DNA from: Candidatus Heimdallarchaeota archaeon | GTDB taxonomy: Archaea; Asgardarchaeota; Heimdallarchaeia; JABLTI01 | DNA: 64,000 nucleotides | NCBI GenBank assembly: GCA_018238155.1 | Contig: JABCTZ010000017.1 | Location: 64,001 to 128,000, forward strand | Reading direction: 5' to 3' | Part shown: piece after piece, positions 10,263 through 19,909 of the stretch | Layout of the letters: the number at the start of each line of letters is the position of its first letter | Position numbering within the stretch: the stretch's first letter is position 1 | The notes under the pieces: model-generated | Seen by the model: only the letters and a program-made list of their open reading frames with translations | Told to the model about the DNA's origin: nothing | Databases searched by the model: none | Made by a program: the position numbers and the translations under genes

Positions 10263-10970
10263 CTAACCAATCTCTGTTCCTCTTTTTTTACCCATTGATG
10301 TTTTCTTAATGAGGTTTTCAAAAAGCCTTGTTAGTAATGCAGTAAGCATTGAGAATGTTAAGAGACCTTGTGTTAGATGAAGGAAACCATTTGGACCTAC
10401 AACTAAATCATTCATTAAATTGTTCCAAGGTGGACCGATTGGTATTAGAAGAGCAACAAATACACAAAGTAATACTATGATAGAACCTGCTGTTCTAACA
10501 TCCAATTTGAATACAACTGTTATAAAGATGAACCCAAAGAGGTAGAACATCAATGCTAAAGGTTGAGTGTACGTTAATACTCCCATAAAAACGGCTAATC
10601 CCTGTCCTCCCTTGAATTTTAGGAAAATGGAATAAGTGTGTCCTAAAACACAGAATCCAGGACCGATTATGCATGCCAAAGTATGAAAAATATTGAACCC
10701 CTTTATTACAATATAGTGATCAAGGGAAAAAAGATGATCCATTAATGCAATAACAAGTGCTCCTTTGAAAATATCAAGAAAGAGGATAATTAGTCCAATT
10801 CCCAAACCAAATGTTCTGATTGCATTCATTCCACCAGGATTTCGTGTATGATGTTCTCGTACATCCTGACCTTTAACCAATTTACCTATCCAAACTGAAA
10901 ACGGTATCGCTCCAATAAGATAAGCTCCAAAAAAGGCTAGAATTAGCCATAGTATATCAATAGCTGCCAT
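10263..10970 (-). CDS. plsY: Glycerol-3-phosphate acyltransferase PlsY-like membrane protein (divergent motifs)
   Basis: YLIGAIPF, NPGGMNAIR, DIFKG, GHTYSIFLKFKGGQGLA; about 7 TM segments. Confidence 0.85.
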   Translation of the reverse strand: MAAIDILWLILAFFGAYLIGAIPFSVWIGKLVKGQDVREHHTRNPGGMNAIRTFGLGIGLIILFLDIFKGALVIALMDHLFSLDHYIVIKGFNIFHTLACIIGPGFCVLGHTYSIFLKFKGGQGLAVFMGVLTYTQPLALMFYLFGFIFITVVFKLDVRTAGSIIVLLCVFVALLIPIGPPWNNLMNDLVVGPNGFLHLTQGLLTFSMLTALLTRLFENLIKKTSMGKKRGTEIG

Positions 10971-11133
10971 TTTATTCAAATCGTTAGAAATTATTGGATA
11001 TTGTCAAGTATTAATTTACACATCTTTAATAATAGCGATTCTACGGGTTATGTAAAAAAAATCTACATTTGGTTTTCTCTGATAAAAAGTAGAATGAGGA
11101 ATTTGAAAAATGCGCAAGCGCTTTTCCTCACAC

Positions 11134-12090
11134 TTATATTTCAACATATTCTAATATTTTAGTGTTGAACTCAAGCACCTTAATCTGGTCGTAGGTGACA
11201 TTAGAGAAAATATTAGCAAAAGCCCAGAAAGCACTATTTGTTGAAATAATAGCATTAAAGTTGCTGAGATTATAATTAATATGAACACGATAATTGGTGT
11301 TAGTTTCTAGGAATGAAATAAATTCCCTAATTTTATTCCCATCATCTTTGTTAGAGAAAACGATAAGATTCTTAGCTCCTTGGCTAATGAAATCCAAAAT
11401 AGCTAATTTGGTTGGATCGAGATTGCGATCTAAATTCTTGAACTGATAATTGAGCATATCAATAGAATTTGTAACATATTTGCCAAGGGGAGTTAGATAA
11501 TAGGGGCCAAAGCGTTTCTCTTTATAGGTTAAACCCAGATAACCACCAATCTTACAGAGAACATTTTCAACATTCATTTCATTGAAAGGACGACGACCAC
11601 CACGGAATGAAACACCTTTGAACATTTGAGCTGTTTCTTTGGTATGGTAGAGGAGTTGCTCTCCTAAAGTGGAACGAAGACGATTGAGATCTGCTCCTGG
11701 GTTTTCTAGAAGATATTTAAGGAAAATCTTAAGCGGCAACCAAGTAAGAAAGAATGGTATGAGAGGTTGAACGAGATTTTGGCTCTTATCGCGAGTTTCA
11801 AGTAAATATTTACTAAAATTAGTTAAAGAGAAATAATCAGTAGTAGTATCAGGATCAAAACGAGCTTTGATAATACCAATATGTTGGAAGAGATTATAGA
11901 TAGTCTTTGAAACATCTGATTTGTGTCCAAGAATTTCTTTACCCATTGCAGCTGAAAGCTCATCCACTTCAAGCATTTTTTCAAGTAAAGGTTCAACATA
12001 GCGTAATTCTGCAAAGGCTGTTCCGGAAGATTCAAGATATGCCTGAACAGCAACATATTTCGGTAAAATCATTTTTTTCCCTTCAAACAT
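11134..12090 (-). CDS. Hypothetical protein, probable tandem winged-helix domains
   Basis: Two wing-like motifs (IGII...FSLTNFSKYLL and LGLT...YYLTPLGKYV). Confidence 0.5.
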   Translation of the reverse strand: MFEGKKMILPKYVAVQAYLESSGTAFAELRYVEPLLEKMLEVDELSAAMGKEILGHKSDVSKTIYNLFQHIGIIKARFDPDTTTDYFSLTNFSKYLLETRDKSQNLVQPLIPFFLTWLPLKIFLKYLLENPGADLNRLRSTLGEQLLYHTKETAQMFKGVSFRGGRRPFNEMNVENVLCKIGGYLGLTYKEKRFGPYYLTPLGKYVTNSIDMLNYQFKNLDRNLDPTKLAILDFISQGAKNLIVFSNKDDGNKIREFISFLETNTNYRVHINYNLSNFNAIISTNSAFWAFANIFSNVTYDQIKVLEFNTKILEYVEI

Positions 12091-12195
12091 ACACGCTATG
12101 TGTGCTATGAGCTTATGCGTTATATTTTTATTGTGAAAATCGCTGTTATTGTAGGGAATAACATTCTATTCTTTAGACATGAGAAGGGCAAAACA

Positions 12196-14000
12196 ATGAC
12201 AAGAATAATTATTAAAAAAAACATCTTAGCTATACTTGTTATAGTGTGTATAATGGCTGCTCCGTTTTATGGAGAAAAAAAAAAACGGTCGGAAAAAATC
12301 CCGAACCATACTTTTCAATAAGTATTCTCTGTCCTAATACCAACCCATCGAGAAACCAATGGGCATCATTGATGGTTGAACAATTACCAAAGATAGGTAT
12401 TGCCGTGGATATCTTTGATCATACCGGATGGGCGCAAATCTCCCCCCGCGTTTGGGGGCATCCTGGTCCATATCCAATACCAACATACGCCGAGGGAGGA
12501 TACGATATTTTCTTTATAAGTTGGTCCTGGGGTCTCGATTGGGATCCAACAGGTCTTTATGACAGTCCAGCAATTACACCAGATGGCAATAACTTTTATC
12601 AATACGATAATCCAGCAATGGACAACGCAATTGGTAATTACATTTCTTCATTCGTTCTAGCAGATAGAATTGAATGGGCTGAAGAAATCCAAGCAATTCT
12701 CTATGAAGACTTGCCAGAAATTTCCCTTATTTACCCATTATCAGTCTATCCTCACGTTGAAGGTGTTGCAGACTTTAGTGGATTGTTATGGGCTTCAACT
12801 CAATATCCATTCTTCGAAATGACTATTACAGGTGAAACTGATTTTCATTACGCCATTCCTGCAGACTTTGTAGATTTCCATCCTCATACTTATGCCTCCA
12901 ATTATGATGCTCAATGGTTGCGACAAATTTACAATGGTCTAATTCAAAGAGACCCATCAATAAACAATGGGTATGCTCCTTGGTTAGCTGAATCCTTCAG
13001 TAGTCCAGATGGTATAATTTATACTGTTGTCATCAAAGACGATGCTTGCTGGGCTGATGGCACTGATTTAACCTCTGTAGATGTTGAATACAACTATCAA
13101 TTAGCTGTTACTCAATCTTTAGGCGGAAATAGATACTCAACCAACATCAAGTACTGGGACAATAACTCCATTGAAATCATAAATAACAAAGAATTCACCA
13201 TTACATTCAAACAAGCATATGTTTTCCAAGATGGAAATTTAGCTCTGGACTTGATTCCAGAACATATTTGGGGTGCAATTGCTCCCGCGAATCACGAAGC
13301 AACATCAATTAACTGGACAAAAAATCACCCCGAAAAAATGTTCGGTGCTGGTCCTTACATGTTAGCTGATTATGATGCTACAAATCGTGTCATTCAATTA
13401 GAAGCAAATTCACATTTTACCGATTGGTATGGTGCAGAACCAAGCTTTGATAATATCTACTTCGAGTTCTATGGTAGTAAAGAAGGTGCATTGGCAGCTC
13501 TTGCTGCTGGTACTATAGACATGGTTGATGCTCAATACAGTCCTCAATTAGATGAGCTTGACATTGCAGGCGCTACTTATACATTAGTTGAAAATCCTGG
13601 TGTGCATGAAATCGCAGTTAATATGAAACATCCTTATCTTGGCACAGGTGAACTATGCCCAATTGCTGGTACAGAATCAGCAAAATTCATTAGAAAAGCT
13701 ATCTCTCATATGGTTCCAAGAGAAATCATCGTAGAAGAAATTCTCAATGGTCTTGGCACACCTGGAACAACTGGTTGTCCAAATGTTGCCATTGGTTACG
13801 ACATCACTCTAGTACCTTATGAATATAGTATTAACCTTGCTTTGCAATATATGGCTCAAGCTGGTTTTGGCGTCACTCTTCCATCAACTACTGCACTAAC
13901 AAGCCCGTCATCTATTGTAGGGATTGCTATACCAATAATTCTAAGTATCTTTGCGCTAATTGGTGGTACAATATTTGTCATAAATAAAAGAAAGAGATAA
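12196..14000 (+). CDS. Family-5 (peptide/nickel) ABC solute-binding protein, copy 1, C-terminally anchored; frameshift in an A11 tract at 12275-12285
   Basis: The signal peptide (MTRIIIKKNILAILVIVCIMAAPFYGEKK) is in a different frame from the body (12246-14000). SBP5 motifs LAESFSSPDG, WADG, GAGPY, IRKAISHMVPR. Confidence 0.8.
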
Positions 14001-14302
14001 TCTTCTTTTATTTCTTCCATTTTTTATCACTCTTTCAATTTGTACAAAGAACTGTTTTTTATTGAATTAATATTAGAATTACAATAATTGCTTTTCTCGA
14101 AGAGATGTATTCAATTCTTGCACTTTAAACCAAAAGATATGAGTGTATTTCATATAAATTAAGAGAAAAAAATGATTATATTCTTTTACATCAATACATG
14201 CTTTTTTTGTCTAGGGGTAAATAGGTTATCTTTTTATTATCAAAAGTACTACCATAATTTAGGAAAAAATCATTTCTTTAATTTTTGAGAGAGATTAAAA
14301 AT

Positions 14303-16120
14303 ATGAGAAAAATTACACAAAAAAACATTCTTGTTATGCTTGTTTTAGCAAGTTTTATAATTGCTCCATTATATGGCGAAAAAAAAATAACTGGAGAAAA
14401 TCCTGGACCATATTTTTCAATAAGTCTTCTCTGTCCAAATACAAGCCCAGCGAGAAATCAATGGGCATCATTGATGGTTGAACAATTACCAAAGATAGGT
14501 ATTGCCGTGGATATCTTTGATCATACCGGATGGGCGCAAATCTCCCCCCGCGTTTGGGGGCATCCTGGTCCATATCCCATTCCAACGTACGCCGAGGGAG
14601 GTTATGATATTCTTTTCGTAGGTTGGAGTGGTGGTCTTGATTGGGATCCAACAGGACTTTATGACAGTCCATCCATTACTCCAAATGGTGATAACTTCTA
14701 TCAATACAACAATCCAGTAATGGATAACGCAATTGGCAATTACACCTCTTCATTCGTTCTAGCAGATAGAATCGAATGGCTTGAAGAAATCCAAGCAATT
14801 CTCTATGAAGATAACCCAAGTATACCAATAATTTATCCTTTGGAAGTTTATCCGCACAATGAAAACGTCACTAATTTCTCAGGATTATTGTGGTCTGAAG
14901 AATATCATCCATTTTATAAAATGTTTATCCCAGGTGAGACCGAATTTCATTACGCTACACCTGCACACTTTGAAGATTTCCATCCCTATATTTTTGAGTC
15001 TGTTTATGATGCTCAATGGTTGCGACAAATCTATAATGGTTTACTTCAAAGAGACTCATCAATCAACAATGGATATTCTCCATGGCTTTGTGAATCTTTC
15101 AGTAGTTCTGACGGTTTAACCTACAATGTTGTCATCAAAACTGATGCTTGTTGGGCTGATGGCACAGATTTAACCACAGATGACATTATTTACAACTATC
15201 AATTAGCTGTTACTCAATCTTTAGCCGGAACCAGCTACTCATCCAACATAAAGTATTGGGATAACAGTTCCATTACTAAAACAAACGACAAGGAATTCTC
15301 CATTACATTCAAACAAGCATATGTTTTCCAAGACGGCAATTTAGCGCTCGATTTGATTCCAGAACACATTTGGGGTGCAATTGCTCCCGCAGATCATGAA
15401 GCAGCTTCTATTAACTGGACCAACAATCACCCTGAAAAAATGTTCGGTGCTGGTCCATATATGCTTGATGACTATAATGCTACAAATGGTGTTATCCAAT
15501 TAGAAGCTAATCCACACTTTACTGATTGGCATGGAGCTGCTCCAAGTTTTGATGACATCTACTTCGAATATAAAAGCTCTAAAGAAGCTGCATTAGCAGC
15601 ACTTGCTGCTGGTACTATAGACATGGTTGATGCTCAATTCAGCCCTCAATTAAATGAACTTAATCTCCCAGGTGTATCATACACTCTTGTCGATGACCCT
15701 GGTGTACAAGAGATGGTTATTAATATGGAACATCCCTATCTTGGCACAGGAGATCTCTGTCCAAACGCAGGCAAACAATCTGCAAGGTATATTAGAAAAG
15801 CGATAAGCCATATCCTTCCGAGGGAAATGATCTGTAATGAAATCCTTAACGGTTTAGGTCGTCCAGGTGTTACGGCATGTCCCAGTGTAGCAATAGGTTT
15901 TGATGATTCATTAGACTATTATGAATATTCTATTGAAACAGCACTTCAATACATGGCTCTAGCTGGTTTTGATGCACCTGTTCCAACTCCTACTCCAACC
16001 CCTACTCCTACCACATCAACAAATTCCTCTTTCAATATTGGAATTGCTGTGCCAGTAATCATAGGTATCTTTGCACTAATTGGAAGTTCAATATTGATAG
16101 TAAATAAAAGAAGAAAATAA
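14303..16120 (+). CDS. Family-5 ABC solute-binding protein, copy 2, with PT-repeat linker and C-terminal TM anchor
   Basis: Paralog of copy 1; PVPTPTPTPTPTT linker; TM plus KRRK. Confidence 0.88.
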   Translation: MRKITQKNILVMLVLASFIIAPLYGEKKITGENPGPYFSISLLCPNTSPARNQWASLMVEQLPKIGIAVDIFDHTGWAQISPRVWGHPGPYPIPTYAEGGYDILFVGWSGGLDWDPTGLYDSPSITPNGDNFYQYNNPVMDNAIGNYTSSFVLADRIEWLEEIQAILYEDNPSIPIIYPLEVYPHNENVTNFSGLLWSEEYHPFYKMFIPGETEFHYATPAHFEDFHPYIFESVYDAQWLRQIYNGLLQRDSSINNGYSPWLCESFSSSDGLTYNVVIKTDACWADGTDLTTDDIIYNYQLAVTQSLAGTSYSSNIKYWDNSSITKTNDKEFSITFKQAYVFQDGNLALDLIPEHIWGAIAPADHEAASINWTNNHPEKMFGAGPYMLDDYNATNGVIQLEANPHFTDWHGAAPSFDDIYFEYKSSKEAALAALAAGTIDMVDAQFSPQLNELNLPGVSYTLVDDPGVQEMVINMEHPYLGTGDLCPNAGKQSARYIRKAISHILPREMICNEILNGLGRPGVTACPSVAIGFDDSLDYYEYSIETALQYMALAGFDAPVPTPTPTPTPTTSTNSSFNIGIAVPVIIGIFALIGSSILIVNKRRK

Positions 16121-16249
16121 TCTTCTTTTCTCATTCTTTTTTTCACTGATCTTTTAGCTTGAAAGATGCTCTATCTTCAATTTATTGAAGAAAAACAAAT
16201 AAACAAAGTGATTAATACACTATATCAGAAATCACAGGTATCGGAAAAA

Positions 16250-18052
16250 ATGAATGCAAAATACTTCGGGAGAAAAACAATTCATTTATTTCTAATAGTT
16301 GGTCTTTTGTTTGTTCCATATCAACAACTTCTCAATATTGCTGAAGGTAATCCTGAACCATTTTTCAGTATTAGCATTTTGGCTCCGAATTCTGGAACTG
16401 CAAGACTTCAATGGCATACACTTATGTTTGAACAATTACCAAAGATAGGTATTGCAGTAGATACATTCGACCACACTGGTTGGGCACAAATTAGTCCAAG
16501 AACTTGGGGCTATCCTGGACCATATCCAATACCGACGTACGCCGAGGGAGGTTACGATATTCTATTCTTAGGTTGGGGCGGGGGTTTCGATTGGGATCCA
16601 GCCGGTTTATATGACAGTCCATCCATTATTCCAAACGGTGATAACTTCTATCAATATAACAATCCAGCAATGGATGCTGCCATTACCAGTTACACATCTT
16701 CCTTTACTCTAACTGATAGGAATAAATATGCCGGTGAAATTCAATCCTTGCTCTATGAAGATTTACCACAAATAAGCATTATTTATTCATTAGGCTGCTA
16801 TTCTCATGATCCCAATATTACTAATTTTGAAGCATTACTTTGGGCAGGTGCCTATTATCCGTTTCACAATCTATCAATACCTGGTCAAACAAGCTTCACA
16901 TATGCCACTCCCGCTGACTTTGAAGATTTCCACCCTTTTATATACGAATCCGTTTATGATGCTCAATGGTTGTTGCAAATCTACAATGGATTACTTCAAA
17001 GAGATCCAATATTGGATAATAGCTATGGACCTTGGCTTGCTGAATCGGTTAGTAGCACTGACGGTGTAACCTACGATGTAGTCATCAAAGATGACGCTTG
17101 TTGGGCAGATGGAGTAGATCTAACCACTGATGATATTATTTACAACTATCAATTAGCTGTTAATCCATCATTAAATGGAATCAGCTACTCAACCAACATA
17201 AAGTACTGGGATAATGATTCTATCACTAAGATAAATGACAAAGAATTTTCAATTACTTTCAAACAATCGTATGTTTTTCAAGATAACAATTTAGCGCTCA
17301 ATTTACTTCCAGAACACATTTGGAGTGCAATTGCCCCTGCAGATCACAAAGCAACATCTATTAACTGGACCAATAATTACCCCGAAAAGATGTTTGGTGC
17401 TGGTCCTTACATGTTAGCTGATTATGATGCTACAAATCGTGTCATTCACTTGACAGCCAACCCCCAATTTGCTGACTGGTTTGGTGCTGCCCCGAGTTTC
17501 GATGATATCTACTTTGAGTTCTTTAATACTAAAGTTGGTGCATTAGCTGCCCTTTCTGCAGAAACCATAGATATGGTTGATTCTCAATTTTCTCCGCAAA
17601 TAGCTGAATTAGCTATTCCAAATGTTAGTTACACTTTGGTTGATGATCCTGGAATACAAGAGATAGCTATCAACATGGAACATCCCTATCTTGGCACCGG
17701 AATGCTCTGTCCAATAGCTGGGACAGAGTCAGCTAAACACATTCGAAAAGCTATTAGTTATATGGTGCCCAGACAAATAATCGTCAACGAAATTCTCAAT
17801 GGTCTTGGCGTTCCTGCAACAACAGGTTGTCCCCGAGTTGCCGTTGGGTATAATCATTCTTTGATTCCATACGAATATGATATTGAGCTTGCCAAGTATC
17901 ATATGAACCAAGCTGGTTTCGAAATCTCCTATACACTTCCTGCAAGCCCCAATAGCTATGTTATTTCTTTATCCTTCAGTTTTATGGTTATTATGTTTGG
18001 GCTGCTTGGTGTGGGTCTTTGGATTACTCGAAAAAATTCATTTAAGAAATAG
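16250..18052 (+). CDS. Family-5 ABC solute-binding protein, copy 3, C-terminal TM anchor
   Basis: Paralog of copies 1 and 2; signal peptide from ATG 16250. Confidence 0.88.
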   Translation: MNAKYFGRKTIHLFLIVGLLFVPYQQLLNIAEGNPEPFFSISILAPNSGTARLQWHTLMFEQLPKIGIAVDTFDHTGWAQISPRTWGYPGPYPIPTYAEGGYDILFLGWGGGFDWDPAGLYDSPSIIPNGDNFYQYNNPAMDAAITSYTSSFTLTDRNKYAGEIQSLLYEDLPQISIIYSLGCYSHDPNITNFEALLWAGAYYPFHNLSIPGQTSFTYATPADFEDFHPFIYESVYDAQWLLQIYNGLLQRDPILDNSYGPWLAESVSSTDGVTYDVVIKDDACWADGVDLTTDDIIYNYQLAVNPSLNGISYSTNIKYWDNDSITKINDKEFSITFKQSYVFQDNNLALNLLPEHIWSAIAPADHKATSINWTNNYPEKMFGAGPYMLADYDATNRVIHLTANPQFADWFGAAPSFDDIYFEFFNTKVGALAALSAETIDMVDSQFSPQIAELAIPNVSYTLVDDPGIQEIAINMEHPYLGTGMLCPIAGTESAKHIRKAISYMVPRQIIVNEILNGLGVPATTGCPRVAVGYNHSLIPYEYDIELAKYHMNQAGFEISYTLPASPNSYVISLSFSFMVIMFGLLGVGLWITRKNSFKK

Positions 18053-18103
18053 AGAACATCTAAAATACTTTTTATTGTTAATACATAATTAAATGCTGTC
18101 AGA

Positions 18104-18724
18104 TCATTTCGCCATTTCTTGTATTATTTTCTCTATTTCTTCAATACTATAATCATCCATTTTTTTGACTTTAGTGGAAATTTCAGTTATAATCTTCAAA
18201 CTGGAATTTAGGTTTATCATTCTTTGTTGTAATTGTTCTTTTCTTTTTTCATAATGTTTCTCTAAAGCTTGAAGGAATTTCTTTGCCTCTTCTTTTGTTT
18301 TGAATTTCTTCAATTGCTCTATCAAACTCGGTCTCCTGCTATGCCGAATACGTATTAATGGTCTTCGTGTTGGAGGAATAATATCACTTAGGAACGCAAT
18401 TTGATTGGTCCAATCATCTCTTAATTCTCGTAATTTTTCCTTCCCTTGTTCAGTTATTTTGTATAGTTTTTGCGCACGACCCTTGACAATTGCCTCTTCA
18501 GAAGTAATATATCCTTTTTCTTCCATTCCCTTCAATGTTCTATAGACATTCGTTTGTTTTACTTTGTAGTTCTTTTGAAGATCATATCCGGTAATCCCTT
18601 CAGTCTCTTCTGAAATAGTCCATAAGAACACTAATTGACTCATTTCTTTTACCATGCCAGGACCAAAAGGCATAGGTGGTCGAAAATGGTGTTGTTCGTA
18701 AGAACTGTGCCTTTGCTTATTCAT
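18104..18724 (-). CDS. PadR family transcriptional regulator with coiled-coil C-terminus
   Basis: ITGYDL...VYRTLKGMEEKGYI...KLYKITEQGKEKL. Confidence 0.85.
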   Translation of the reverse strand: MNKQRHSSYEQHHFRPPMPFGPGMVKEMSQLVFLWTISEETEGITGYDLQKNYKVKQTNVYRTLKGMEEKGYITSEEAIVKGRAQKLYKITEQGKEKLRELRDDWTNQIAFLSDIIPPTRRPLIRIRHSRRPSLIEQLKKFKTKEEAKKFLQALEKHYEKRKEQLQQRMINLNSSLKIITEISTKVKKMDDYSIEEIEKIIQEMAK

Positions 18725-18763
18725 TATACTTCACCTATACTTTCACAGCTATGCTTTAAAAAA

Positions 18764-18786
18764 AATATCGTCAAATTGGTGATATT
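18764..18786. promoter_or_regulatory. Imperfect palindrome upstream of padR (putative operator)
   Basis: AATATCGTCAA-A-TTGGTGATATT; a close copy lies at 19352-19374. Confidence 0.55.
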
Positions 18787-18892
18787 ACCGTTCCTTTTTA
18801 GAAATAGTAAAGAACTCATGCTTGGGCTTACACGAGTTCTTTAGTTTTGACGTGATGTTTTCTTTTGGAGATACTTAACTACTGAAGCGTTA

Positions 18893-19315
18893 TTACTCAT
18901 CCATGTCGATTATTTTCTTATCGTATTCTCGGTGAGTTTTTCTGAGGATTTTTCTCATTTCCCCGGGTGAGTATTCTTCTAGTTTAGTTAGATCCTTTAT
19001 ACTTTGATCAAAAAGTTCATTTAGAATTTCTAAATGTTCCATTCTTGTGTTCAATCGTCTTTTTTGTTTGACCAACATTTTCTTCCGATATTCCAAGTGT
19101 TCTATTGCCTCATCTTTGCTTCCAAGTTCTTCTAGTAGGTCCATTCTCCTACCATGGAACCTTCTGTGTCCAGCCATTGGATGTCTTCCCATTATTGGGT
19201 GTGTTCTCATTCTTGGCGCTTTTCTCATCATATGATGCATTACATGTCTTGGCATATCTTCTGTGCAATCTTGACTGTTTCTTTCTGTGTTTCTTTCTTT
19301 ATGTCTTCTCAACAT
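18893..19315 (-). CDS. His/Met/Arg-rich protein paralogous to the PadR C-terminal coiled-coil domain
   Basis: KDEAIEHL...RMEHL...KLEEYSPGEMRKI aligns with PadR KEEAKKFL...RMINL...KMDDYSIEEIEKI; GGTGA RBS upstream. Confidence 0.6.
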   Translation of the reverse strand: MLRRHKERNTERNSQDCTEDMPRHVMHHMMRKAPRMRTHPIMGRHPMAGHRRFHGRRMDLLEELGSKDEAIEHLEYRKKMLVKQKRRLNTRMEHLEILNELFDQSIKDLTKLEEYSPGEMRKILRKTHREYDKKIIDMDE

Positions 19316-19351
19316 TTTTCACCATGCTCCTTATAGACACGGTAGTATATA

Positions 19352-19374
19352 AATATATCCAATTTGGTGATATT
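19352..19374. promoter_or_regulatory. Second copy of the putative PadR operator
   Basis: AATATATCCAA-T-TTGGTGATATT; its right arm is identical to the 18764-18786 copy. Confidence 0.55.
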
Positions 19375-19469
19375 GCTACAATAAGCATATTGCCAAATTA
19401 TTCACTACTGACCAAAACAGCTGGTGGAACTAGCTTCAATAAAAAAAGAAAAATTAAAATAAACCTTTA

Positions 19470-19898
19470 TTATTGACTTTTATAAAGCTCATCCACTTTT
19501 TTTGCTACTTCTTGAGCAATTATTTCAGCTAATTTCATACCATCATCTCCAATATCCTGTGGAGTGTTAGGAATAAGTTCTGGATGTTGTTTCATAATTT
19601 CCTTAACGTAGATTGTTGCTGTTGCAGGAGCGCTATATCGTTCAACAGCTACTTTTCCACATTCTTCATCACATCCTTCTATTGTGATGGTTTTGTGTTT
19701 CTTAGCAAATTCTCTCTCGGATCCACCACCCTTATGATTAATATCACCCGCCATAAATAATGGTTGACAAATAATTGTGGTAGTGAATGGTCGCAATTTT
19801 TCTACTACAATTCTTGTTGCTACTCGAGTTAATGTTCCTTCTACTAATTTTTCACCACTACAAGCGATTATACCTATTTTTGGTTTTACTGAAATCAT
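19470..19898 (-). CDS. DGC-domain (putative zinc-binding) protein
   Basis: IIACSG...G..TR, IICQPL, ITIEGCDEECG. Confidence 0.8.
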   Translation of the reverse strand: MISVKPKIGIIACSGEKLVEGTLTRVATRIVVEKLRPFTTTIICQPLFMAGDINHKGGGSEREFAKKHKTITIEGCDEECGKVAVERYSAPATATIYVKEIMKQHPELIPNTPQDIGDDGMKLAEIIAQEVAKKVDELYKSQ

Positions 19899-19909
19899 CT
19901 TTTCACCTT

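Noticed and set aside
12100-12321. 73-aa ORF as an independent gene
   Set aside because: Its 3' half is the frameshifted signal peptide of SBP copy 1.
12196-18052. Repeated sequences suggesting a CRISPR array or DGR template/variable repeats
   Set aside because: The repeats are coding paralog segments. There is no repeat-spacer periodicity, no reverse transcriptase and no adenine-specific mismatch pattern.
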